Of a stretch of DNA of 62,126 nucleotides, positions 39,326-48,601 are shown piece after piece; the stretch's first letter is position 1; every line of letters begins with the position of its first letter. The DNA is from Candidatus Brocadiia bacterium (GTDB lineage: Bacteria; Planctomycetota; Brocadiia; SM23-32). The notes beneath the pieces were generated by a model. The model saw only the letters and a list, made by a program, of their open reading frames with translations. It had not been told where the DNA came from and did no database searches. The translations under genes were made by a program, and so were the position numbers. The DNA lies in the NCBI GenBank assembly GCA_046538485.1, contig JBKHIT010000025.1, positions 1 to 62,126 on the forward strand. The letters are read 5' to 3'.

Positions 39326-42300
39326 ATGATGAAACAAAGATCCTTGAAAGGTAAGTTTTTGTTAGTGAAAAGCTTCTGCGTGCTTTTGGGGCTTTTTACG
39401 GTTTTGTTTAGCCAGTCAGCGAATGCTGCCAGGCATCCTCACCTCCAGCCGGTAGGAGTCGAATGCGAAGCTATGGAGGTGCAGGCCCCCGGCCCCGGGA
39501 CCTACTACCTGGAGATGGACGCTGCTGTTCCACCGAACCTCGGCACCAGAGCTATACGTTATAGTGTATGGATCGGTGACCGGCAGGTCATCGAGCAGAT
39601 GGGACGAGGATCGTGGAATACAAATTACGTCCCCTACTGGACGATTGAGCGTCGTGGGTCGGGCAAAGGCCTTTTGCAATATGCCATGCCTTTGAAAGTC
39701 GAAAAAGGGTCGCGGGTGCTGGTCTTCGTGCCGAAAAAAGGAGGGCAAGCGTTCACCAACAACGCCCGTCCTACCGTGGTTCCAAAATGGGAAGGAAAAG
39801 TCTCGGAGGTACGGCTCCGGCCGGCTCTGAAAGGTCTTTCCGCGTCGTTCACGAGCGGGTTGGCCCATAAAGTCCACTTTGCCGGTTCCAGCCCGCAAGC
39901 TAATGTCCGCATCAAAGGCCCGGCGGGTAAGAAGCTAAAAGGGAAACTCGTGCTGCAACATCTCCGTCTGGCCGACAGCCTGGGGGGAAATAACTGGAAT
40001 GCAGATACGCGTCTGACCGAAGTGAAACGAATTCGAGAAATTCCCGTTGATGCGGAGCTTTCTGCAAAAGGTGTCGCTCAACTAAAAGTCGCTGTGCCGG
40101 ATAAATTGAACCGTACTGTTGGAATCACTTTGATTTTAGAGGAAGGCAAGAAGCTCTGGGTCAAATATCTGGGTTCGCTGGTGATTGTTCCCAAACGGGA
40201 CATGGAATCCTACAACGAGGACGGCCGGTTTCTCTCCTCTTTCCACCTTCAGATACGCAAAGGGAAATACTTCGCTTTGCATTCGAAACTGGCCGGTGAT
40301 GTGGTCGTTAACGCACTGAAGCGAATGGGCATCGACTGGGTTCGGCATGCCTGCTTTTGGGGCACCTGGGAGCCGAAACCGGACAAGGTCGATTGGAGTG
40401 AGGCGGATATGCTCTATGATGCTTTCCGGGAAAACCGAATCTGTGTCATGCACGCTGTGGGACCGGTCCCTCAGTGGGCTCGCGGGGCCGGATGGAATAA
40501 CGGATTGGATACGAAAGGTCTGAAGAAGTCCAACTTCAAGGGGCGGACGATTTACACGGATTATTCTCCCCGGAAGGAAATGCTCCCCGGGTTCGGAAAA
40601 GCCCACAGGAAGTTCTACGAGCGATATAAAGACGTCATCCGGGCTTCGAATGTCTGGAATGAGCCCTGGGAAGGAATGGGCATAACAGGCTGGAAATCAA
40701 CAGGAGAACATTACCGGAATATTATCCGTGAGATAAAGGATGCGGTCAATGCCGCTGATCCGAGCATCCGGGTCATTGCTGCTGATTCGCCACATAATAC
40801 CAACTGGAAACTGTTCGCCGCGGGAATGGAGGACGTTATTGATGCGATTTCGACGCATTACACGCCTCCGAGCGTCGGATATTCGTTTTCTCTGGCGAAT
40901 GTTTATGATAAAGAGGTATGGGAGACGGAGAGCTGGCTTGCCTGGAAAGGGGATGCTGCCTCCGTACGTCATGCCCTTTATTATTTTGCCGTGGGCGGGG
41001 ACAAAGTCAGCCTCTACAACCAGCAGATGTTCTTCGACCATCACCAAAATCCGACCCCTACCGTCACGTGGACAGCTACTATGCGAGAGATGCTGGAGGA
41101 CCTGAAGTTTGAGAAAGTAGTTCATCCCGGCCGTCCCCCGTACGTGTTGCTTTTTGTGGGTGAAAATCGGCACGTGGCGGCTGTTACCTCTTCGCTCTCG
41201 ACCGGTAAGATACCGGAGAACGCTAATTTCCGAAGCCAGTTTATTGGTGAGGAATGCACAATGCGGATCGAAGGTGGGGGAGACTACACGTTGTATGATA
41301 TGCTCGGAAATCCAATTGAGAAGAAGAGTGGGGAGGAGCTTGCTGTAACGGTGAGTCCGGAGCCACGGTATATCGAATTCCGCGGGGACGCGGAAGAATT
41401 CGAGGAGCGTCTGGCGAATGCGGAATATGAAGGGCTGCGCCCGGTGGAGATATTCATCCACGATATTACCGGACGGCTGTCCAACGGGCCGTCACTCCCC
41501 GTTGAGCTGCACAATGCGTACGGTGTGCCGATATCCGGGAAGATCCGGGTGAGGGCGAAAGGGTTGCAACTGCCCGAGAAGTCCAGAAAATTCCAACTGA
41601 AGGCCGCGGGGAGCAACACGGTCAATTTCTCCGTCACCGGAAAAACCACTGATGCTAACCAGTTCCCGGTCGTCGTTGAAGTTGAGACCGACCGAGGCTC
41701 AGCCCGGGCTGAAGATAAAGTTCATGTCAGCGTCGTCGCTGAAGGCTCTCCCACGGTGGATGGGAACATCTCGGAGTGGAAACGATTCGGGGCAATCCCG
41801 GTGGTTATGAGCGGCACCAGCACTGCTTCTCTGCAGCAGCAGGCGTGGTTCCCGTGGAAAAAGCTGGCCGAGAGCGAGGGGAAGTTTACCGCCCAGTTTG
41901 CGTTTGCCAGTGACGCGCAGAATCTGTACATGATGGCGCGGGTGAAGGATACATCACAGAACATATTGCCGAGTCTGTTAAACGGTAAGAACCTGCATAA
42001 TTTGCAGAATCCTCCTTATGATTACACGTACGTTCATGCGGGGCCCACGCCGGGAGCAGGCGGAGATCACATTCAGCTCGCACTGGCTGGTGCCGACGAC
42101 CGACCGTTCAAACCGAAATATGAACTCTATCCTCCGGGACATCCGCTTTATCGATTTGGTGCATTCTTGAATTCGGAGTACCTTTACATGATTTACCCGA
42201 CGGAGGGGGGAGATGCGGAAATTATGAGGATGCGGACCCCGGATTTTTATTATCTGCATCCGTTGCCTATCGATTACGAATGGATGGGCAAACATTGCCG

Positions 42301-42565
42301 GGTGGCGGGCGCTCGGGTATCGGTCCGGCGCCTGGAGGCGGGTTACGTCTATGAAGTTGCCATTCCCTGGGAAGAACTCAGCGCCCTCTCGCACGGCCCC
42401 GGCGACCGCCTCAGGATGAACGTGGCCGTCCAGAATAAGGGGAGGGGTAATCGACTTACCTAGTCGGCTGACCGCTCAGGCGCCCGGATGAACGGTCTTG
42501 ATTTCGAGCCCGGCTGGGGTTCTCACTGGAGCAATGATACCTGGTGGGGTTTCGAGAAGGAGTAA
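39326..42565 (+). pseudogene. Clan GH-A-like barrel/CBM9-like protein (B3), interrupted by in-frame TAG at 42461-42463
   Basis: Full-length paralog of B2 (VWNEPWEG, VWETESW). After NRLT-TAG the frame continues SADRSGARMNGLDFEPGWGSHWSNDTWWGFEKE-TAA, aligning with B2 NRLTWSAGRG..FEPTWTSDWTNETWWGF. Confidence 0.75.
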
Positions 42566-42596
42566 TGGATAGTTTGTCGTGATTTTTGAAGGGAGA

Positions 42597-42695
42597 CGAG
42601 ATTGCTTTTTCCGTTTCGACGGAAACGCAATGGTCGGGAAAGGCCCCTGCCTCATTGCGAGGGACCTCGAAAAACGGGGTCCCGAAGCAATCTCG
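42597..42695. repeat. Palindromic REP-like element (GAGATTGC..GCAATG / CATTGCGAG..GAAGCAATCTC type)
   Basis: Outer IR CGAGATTGCTT/AAGCAATCTCG with internal hairpins (TTTCCGT..ACGGAAA; GGGACC..GGTCCC). A related copy lies at 58082-58187. Confidence 0.65.
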
Positions 42696-42701
42696 GTATT
42701 T

Positions 42702-42730
42702 TTGCTTGTAAAATAGACGAGAGGTATAAT
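42702..42730 (+). promoter_or_regulatory. Sigma70-type promoter of third pilin-like gene
   Basis: TTGCTT (42702-07), 17 bp, TATAAT (42725-30). GGGAGG RBS before ATG 42768. Confidence 0.6.
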
Positions 42731-42767
42731 CGAAAGTGGCGATAATATCTAAAGGGAGGCAAAGAGC

Positions 42768-43619
42768 ATGAATAGGGCACGGGAAATCAATAGCAGAGGC
42801 TTTACTTTAATAGAACTTCTGGTTGTCATCGCCATCATTGCCATCCTGGCGGCGATGTTGATGCCAGCTCTGGAGAGCGCGAGAGATGCTGCCCGGACCG
42901 CGGCCTGTTTGGGGAATTTAAAACAACAGGGTTTTGCCACGCAGATGTATGCGAACGATAATGACGGTTTTCTTATTTATGCTCTGGGATTCGGCCAAAT
43001 CACTTTCGACGATTTGCTCCACAACTATCTCGGCCCGGATTTAACTCTTGCCGAGATGGAAGCGAGTAAGGTTCCGACGGACAAAGGAGCTGATGTTTTC
43101 ATTTGTCCTGCTGACAAATGGGCGGACCAGAAGCGCGATGCCAGCTACTCGGCCAATGTCCGGATGTGCGGTCGGGCGTACAGTGAAACAAAAATAAATC
43201 AAAAAGGTTGGCCCTGTCCCGAATGGGCCGATATTGTCGTCCGTCCGGTCCCTCCCTGTGCGAGTATGGATGGCTATGTCGGTCACGGGCATCAGGCCAG
43301 AATGGGACAGATTCCCGGAGCGTCAAGGAGTTTTATCATATCCGACAATCCGTCGGCCCACGGGAATCACGTGCAGGGCGCCTGGGGCCGGTCGTCTCTA
43401 CGTGCCGTGTGGTGGTCTGGAGCCTGGGATTATATGGAACAACTTGATGTGGCATCGACTGATAGCTCGCCCAACTGGCTCGGTCTGACTCTCCATTCGG
43501 GACGTTTCAATTATCTGTTCACGGATGGCCATGTCGGAACTCTGGATCCGGACGATACAATAGGGACGGGAACTCAAAAAGCGCCTCTGGGGACGTGGAC
43601 GATGGAGACGAATGACTGA
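42768..43619 (+). CDS. Prepilin-type N-terminal cleavage/methylation domain protein with H-X9-DG motif (P3)
   Basis: [60 protein letters not shown]. Confidence 0.9.
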   Translation: MNRAREINSRGFTLIELLVVIAIIAILAAMLMPALESARDAARTAACLGNLKQQGFATQMYANDNDGFLIYALGFGQITFDDLLHNYLGPDLTLAEMEASKVPTDKGADVFICPADKWADQKRDASYSANVRMCGRAYSETKINQKGWPCPEWADIVVRPVPPCASMDGYVGHGHQARMGQIPGASRSFIISDNPSAHGNHVQGAWGRSSLRAVWWSGAWDYMEQLDVASTDSSPNWLGLTLHSGRFNYLFTDGHVGTLDPDDTIGTGTQKAPLGTWTMETND

Positions 43620-43740
43620 CGGGATTGGGGAGCAGGGACCACGGGGAACACTCCGGGGGCTTTTGATCGGCCGCCTGATGCTGTATGCTGGAAGTCGTTG
43701 GGGGAAATCAGCTTGCGATTTGAATGGGAAGGGTTCAGCA

Positions 43741-43968
43741 ATGACAAATCAGCTCGGGAAACTTCTGCTGATTGCTGGCGGGGTGTTGATGCTGCTGGGG
43801 GTGGTGTTTTTGCTCGGTCCAAAAATCCCGTTTATCGGACGTTTGCCCGGGGATATTCGGATCAAAGGGGATGGGTGGTCCTTTTATTTTCCGATCATCA
43901 CCTGCATCGTATTGAGCGTTATCCTGACGCTTTTGCTCAATGTCGTGATTCGCCTGGTGGGGAAGTGA
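43741..43968 (+). CDS. DUF2905 family small membrane protein
   Basis: LGKLLLIAGGVL..GRLPGDIRI....SFYFPIITCIVLSVILTLL signature. Confidence 0.85.
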   Translation: MTNQLGKLLLIAGGVLMLLGVVFLLGPKIPFIGRLPGDIRIKGDGWSFYFPIITCIVLSVILTLLLNVVIRLVGK

Positions 43969-43975
43969 GGCCCTT

Positions 43976-44416
43976 TTATTCTTTGGGAGGAGTTTCCTCG
44001 GCTTCTCCCTCTTCGCCGCGGGCGACATCAAACCTTTCGCGAACTCGAGCGCTGCGTCCCTGTCTTTCCCTCAGATAGTTAAGTTTTGCCCGGCGTGCTT
44101 TTCCTTTTCGTTCGACGCTGATATGGTCGATGCTGGGGCAGTGGAGGGGGAAAATTCGTTCGACACCTTCTCCCTGGACGATACGACGGACGGTGAAGGT
44201 CTCTTCAATGCCTCCGCCTTTGCGGCATATGCAGATCCCGGTGAAGTTCTGGACTCGTTCGGTTTCGCCTTCCTCGATTGTGACTCCCACTTCGACGGTA
44301 TCCCCAACGCTGAACTGGGGGATATCATCGCGCAACTGTTCCTCTCCGATGGATCGCAGGAGATCTTGCCCCTTGACTTGTTCGGTTTCCTGTTGGTTAT
44401 TCTGTTCGTTCATCAT
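43976..44416 (-). CDS. rplS: 50S ribosomal protein L19
   Basis: [10 protein letters not shown]...EG..ERVQ.F.G..I...GGG..ETFTVRR...[12 protein letters not shown]....RRAKL.YLR. Confidence 0.97.
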   Translation of the reverse strand: MMNEQNNQQETEQVKGQDLLRSIGEEQLRDDIPQFSVGDTVEVGVTIEEGETERVQNFTGICICRKGGGIEETFTVRRIVQGEGVERIFPLHCPSIDHISVERKGKARRAKLNYLRERQGRSARVRERFDVARGEEGEAEETPPKE

Positions 44417-45131
44417 CTTGCTCCGTCTCAGAATTTTTCAGCAGGTCAGCGCGGCGTTTTTTGGTTCGGCGCAGGGCCTGCTGTCTTCTCCATTGTGCGA
44501 TTTTCTGATGGTTTCCGCTCTGCAGCACATCCGGCACTTCCATACCGCGGAATTCTGCGGGTCGGGTGTACTGCGGATATTCGAGCAGATTTTCCGTAAA
44601 ACTCTCTTCGTCGGTCGAGTCATCGTGTCCGAGAACGCCGGGCACGAGCCGAACAACGGTATCGATCACGACCATGGCGGCGACTTCGCCACCTGTGAGG
44701 ACATAATCGCCGATGGAGACTTCTTCCACCGGCAGTCCTCGTCGTATTCTCTCGTCAAATCCTTCGTATCGGCCGCACAGCAGTATGAGTCGTTTGTCAC
44801 GCGCGAACTCATCGGCCATCGACTGGTTAAAGGTCTTGCCCTGAGGTGTGAGCAGAATCAATCGTCCTGGAGTGGCGGACATATCTCGAACCGCTTCACA
44901 GGCTCGGAAGACGGGTTCGCATCGTAGAACCATGCCGGGGCCGCCGCCGTAAGGGCGTTCGTCGACTTTTTTATGTTTATCACGAGAGTAATCTCTTATG
45001 TCGTGCAACTCATATTCGACGAGATTATTCTCACGGGCGATACCGAGGATGCTGGTTTGCAGCAGTGGCTTGAATACCTCCGGGAACAACGAGAGGACAT
45101 CAATTCGCAGCCGTTCCGGTGTATTCTCCAT
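44397..45131 (-). CDS. trmD: tRNA (guanine37-N1)-methyltransferase
   Basis: [50 protein letters not shown]. Confidence 0.98.
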   Translation of the reverse strand: MENTPERLRIDVLSLFPEVFKPLLQTSILGIARENNLVEYELHDIRDYSRDKHKKVDERPYGGGPGMVLRCEPVFRACEAVRDMSATPGRLILLTPQGKTFNQSMADEFARDKRLILLCGRYEGFDERIRRGLPVEEVSIGDYVLTGGEVAAMVVIDTVVRLVPGVLGHDDSTDEESFTENLLEYPQYTRPAEFRGMEVPDVLQSGNHQKIAQWRRQQALRRTKKRRADLLKNSETEQDDERTE

Positions 45132-45170
45132 CGCAATCGGCCTCCGGTATCCAGATAGCGGACTTGGCCG

Positions 45171-45419
45171 TCAGAGTTCCATCCCGGCTTCTTCCAACAA
45201 TTTGCCAACGGTCTCTGTCGGTTGTGCACCTTTACTGAGCCAGTATTCGGCCCGTTCGGTATCGACCTGCAGCCTTTCCTCGCCTTCTTCGATGGTCGGA
45301 TTGAAGTAGCCGAGATACTCCACGGCGTCGCCGTCGCGGCGCGTCTTTTTCTCGAAGACGCCAATTCGCCACCGGGGCACATGTTTTCGACCAGTTCTTG
45401 TCAATCTGATTCGTACCAT
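45171..45419 (-). CDS. rpsP: 30S ribosomal protein S16
   Basis: MVRIRLTR.GRK..P..RI.V.....RDG..VE.LGY.NP..YWLSKGAQPTETV. Confidence 0.96.
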   Translation of the reverse strand: MVRIRLTRTGRKHVPRWRIGVFEKKTRRDGDAVEYLGYFNPTIEEGEERLQVDTERAEYWLSKGAQPTETVGKLLEEAGMEL

Positions 45420-45471
45420 TATTACGTTTCCATCACCTTTTCAGAAGGGTAAGATGCAGTCAAATCCTGTT

Positions 45472-46872
45472 TTATTTTTGTTTTTTTTGTTGTTTTTTGA
45501 GTTTTTTGGCCAATCCTTTTGGCATCGGGCCGCCGGCACCGGTGAGCTGGTCGGGTAGTGCGTCGGCCAATTTGTCAACGTCCCCTCCGCGACTCATCTT
45601 TCGCATAACTTTCTTCATCTGCTTGAATTGTTTGAGCAGCTGGTTGACTTCTCGCGGGTCGGTGCCACTTCCGTTCGCGATCCGGTTGCGTCGGCTGGCG
45701 TTTATCAATCGGGGTTGATGTCGTTCCCGGTCCGTCATGGAGTTGATAATAGCCTCGATCCGGTCGATTTGTGACTCGTCAAAATCGAGTCCATCGAGTT
45801 TGTTGCCGATGAAGGGGAGGTAGCCGAGGATATCCCGCAGGGGGCCCATCTTTCGGATCATGTGCAGTTGTTTGCGGAAATCTTCGAGGTCGAACTGGGC
45901 CTTGCGAAGTTTTTCCTCCAGGGCTTCCATGTCTTCCTGTTCGATGGCCTCTTCGGCCTTTTCCACGAGGCTGACCACATCGCCCATACCCAGGATACGG
46001 TCGGCCATACGATCGGGATGGAACGGTTCGAGTTTATCCATCTTTTCCCCGACTCCGGCGAATTTGATCGGTTTGCCGGTTACGGCTTTGATGGATAGGG
46101 CGGCACCGCCGCGCGCGTCTCCGTCGAGGTTCGTCAATATGACGGAATCGAATTCTATTTGTTCGTTGAATTCCTTGGCGCTAACCACCGCATCCTGGCC
46201 TGCGCGGGCATCAGCGACGAGAAATATATGATCGGGTTTAACCCTGTTTCTGATTTCTTTGAGTTCCCCCATCATTTGTTCATCGATGTGAAGTCGGCCG
46301 CCAGTGTCAAGAATGAGAGGGTTGCGGTGTTTCTTCGCAGCTTGCATCCGGCCTTTCATGGTTACGGTCAGGGAGTCAGCATTCCGATCGCTGACCACAG
46401 GCACGTCAAGCTGTTCTCCGAGCACTTCCAACTGGTCGATAGCGGCGGGCCGCCGGACGTCTGCGGCGCAGAGCATAGGAGCTGCATCATAGTTCTCTTT
46501 AATATGCAGAGCCAGCTTGCCACAGGTAGTGGTTTTTCCCGCTCCCTGCAATCCTGCGAGCATTATAATAGTGGGGCCGTCGCCCCCGAGAGATATCTCG
46601 TGGTTAACCGGCCCCATGAGAGCTTCCAGTTCATCGTGGACGATTTTAATGATTTGTTGGGCGGGATCGACACCACGGATTACCTCTTCACCAAGGGCTT
46701 TTTCTATTACGGTGTCGGTGAACTGTTTAACGACTTGATAATGCACATCGGCTTCCAGAAGGGCCAGGCGTACATCGCGCAGGCCTTCCCGAATGTTTTT
46801 TTCGGTAAGCTTCGGCGTCCCCCGAATTTTCTGGACGAAGCCCTCGAGAGTATTTGAAAGCGTTTCGAACAA
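45472..46872 (-). CDS. ffh: Signal recognition particle protein Ffh
   Basis: ALLEADV, GLQGAGKTTT, RPAAIDQL, DGDARGGAALS, F.PDRMADRILGMGDV, M-domain. TTG start. Confidence 0.97.
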   Translation of the reverse strand: MFETLSNTLEGFVQKIRGTPKLTEKNIREGLRDVRLALLEADVHYQVVKQFTDTVIEKALGEEVIRGVDPAQQIIKIVHDELEALMGPVNHEISLGGDGPTIIMLAGLQGAGKTTTCGKLALHIKENYDAAPMLCAADVRRPAAIDQLEVLGEQLDVPVVSDRNADSLTVTMKGRMQAAKKHRNPLILDTGGRLHIDEQMMGELKEIRNRVKPDHIFLVADARAGQDAVVSAKEFNEQIEFDSVILTNLDGDARGGAALSIKAVTGKPIKFAGVGEKMDKLEPFHPDRMADRILGMGDVVSLVEKAEEAIEQEDMEALEEKLRKAQFDLEDFRKQLHMIRKMGPLRDILGYLPFIGNKLDGLDFDESQIDRIEAIINSMTDRERHQPRLINASRRNRIANGSGTDPREVNQLLKQFKQMKKVMRKMSRGGDVDKLADALPDQLTGAGGPMPKGLAKKLKKQQKKQK

Positions 46873-47236
46873 AGTATAGAAGCCCTTCCGTAGTGGTCAA
46901 CCGATAATAGATACCGGACACACTTCCAACATTAATCCTGCGCAATTGAAGGTGATGCCCCGATAGGGACGGATTGAAGTTCAGACTAAATGCCCGTCAG
47001 TATGCACAAAATACAGGACATGTGTCATCTTAATTATATATGACTTGCCGTGGTTTGCAAGCGAAACCGCTGGTTGAACGCTTTCCGAGTGCCAATTGTT
47101 GAAAATCAGCATAAGGATATTTGCCCCCGCTATTCTGTGATCCAATGGAAGGGTGAAAACAAGCGGTTTATCCGATATACTTCCCATTTTCGCACACCTT
47201 TTTCACGCGTAACATTTCTCCAACCCGGGGCTAAAG

Positions 47237-48364
47237 ATGGAACAAATAGCAGACATTTCCGAATGGACACTTGCCAATCAGAGTGAAAGGGAAGTTCCCA
47301 ACGAAGCAGATGCAAGCCGGCGTGACGGGGTTCTCGCCGCAGAGATGAAGATCCAACACGGGGGAGTTTTTGGGTGGGAATCTCCTGTCTTTAACCCGGA
47401 TCAAGGCGCCTATTACCGGTTCGATTTCCGCGCACATGCCAGCGTGTCAGGACACTGGGAAGCTCAGTTCTATCGGGCCGGACGTCCGGACGATTTTCAC
47501 ACATCCGGCATTCCTCGGACCGATGGCAAATGGGCTGAAATGAGGTTTTACTTCCGGGCAAAATATGGAAAAAAACGCGCTCGTATTTTGCTGTGGCCGG
47601 GCGGTATCGGCGAAATACAATTCAGTGATCCATCCCTCGTGCGTGCATCGGATGATGACGCGTGGCAATGGTTTCGAAAGTTTGTGAAAAAAGCCCCCCC
47701 GCTCAATTACCGGGATGAGAAGCCAGGAGAATTGCTACCGAATACAGTTGAAGCGCTGCGGCAGGCAGAGGAGGCCGATCCAGTCAATATCGCTCTTTTC
47801 GGCGACAGCTTGAGTTTTGATGTTGGAAATACACCGCTGGATCTGGCCCTCGAGCGATTGTACCCCGGCTCCGAAGTCCGAATCCATACCTGCGGATTGG
47901 GAGGATCGGGCTGGGCACGATTGGCCGTCGATCAGGTCCTCGAGGAAAGATTACTGACCGTCGATCCGGACCTTGTCATACTTTTTTCTGTAAGTAATGG
48001 TGTTGAGGAGCTGGCTCCGAATCTTGAACATATTGTCGATGCCGTGAGAGATGGCTGCAATGCTGAGTCGCTTCTGGTGACAAATCACCGGCTTACGAAC
48101 CGTAGGACCAAGGAGAAGTGGGGTACGCGTCTTGACGATACAGCGGAGCAGACGCAACTTGTCGGACGGGAAAAAGGTTGCGAAGTGGCTGATTTGCGGC
48201 AAATGTTGGCGGAATACCTTGCTGCGAATAAGGCACCGACTGATGAACTGAAATGGTTTCTCCGTGACGAAACACACTTCAATGAAACGGGCAGAGCCGT
48301 GGTGATGCAGCTGCTCTTGCAACACCTCGCGCCGGACAGATGGCAGGATGTGGGAAATGTCTGA
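47237..48364 (+). CDS. SGNH/GDSL hydrolase with N-terminal CBM-like beta-domain
   Basis: Block I ALFGDSL, block II GLGGSG, block III PDLVIL..VSNG, block V RDETHFN. Confidence 0.8.
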   Translation: MEQIADISEWTLANQSEREVPNEADASRRDGVLAAEMKIQHGGVFGWESPVFNPDQGAYYRFDFRAHASVSGHWEAQFYRAGRPDDFHTSGIPRTDGKWAEMRFYFRAKYGKKRARILLWPGGIGEIQFSDPSLVRASDDDAWQWFRKFVKKAPPLNYRDEKPGELLPNTVEALRQAEEADPVNIALFGDSLSFDVGNTPLDLALERLYPGSEVRIHTCGLGGSGWARLAVDQVLEERLLTVDPDLVILFSVSNGVEELAPNLEHIVDAVRDGCNAESLLVTNHRLTNRRTKEKWGTRLDDTAEQTQLVGREKGCEVADLRQMLAEYLAANKAPTDELKWFLRDETHFNETGRAVVMQLLLQHLAPDRWQDVGNV

Positions 48365-48601
48365 AAGGTCCGGGAAAAATGCATCCTTCGATGGTTCCTC
48401 CTTTTTTGCCCGTTGACTTCTGATGAGGGCGATGCCGAATCTTCTTGGCATATGGCAGTTTTGGGATGAGCGAGGGAAATGCCGTTTTTTCCTCCGTCGC
48501 CTGTAAATTTGGGTGGCCGGGAGTTTCAATTTCGGACAACAAACAGTACCATATCAATTGTGCCTATCTCTTTTTAGCTTTTTGCGGAGGAGTCTCGTTC
48601 G

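Noticed and set aside
42461..42463. Genome-wide TAG recoding (Trp or pyrrolysine)
   Set aside because: TAG ends other genes at natural C-termini here (e.g. the kinase at 51994, the gene ending at 53532, the xylulokinase). No pyl genes are in the window, and a single TGG>TAG change suffices.
46873..47236. SRP RNA or riboswitch next to ffh
   Set aside because: No SRP domain IV motif (CAGG..GGAA..AGCAG) or recognisable riboswitch consensus seen.
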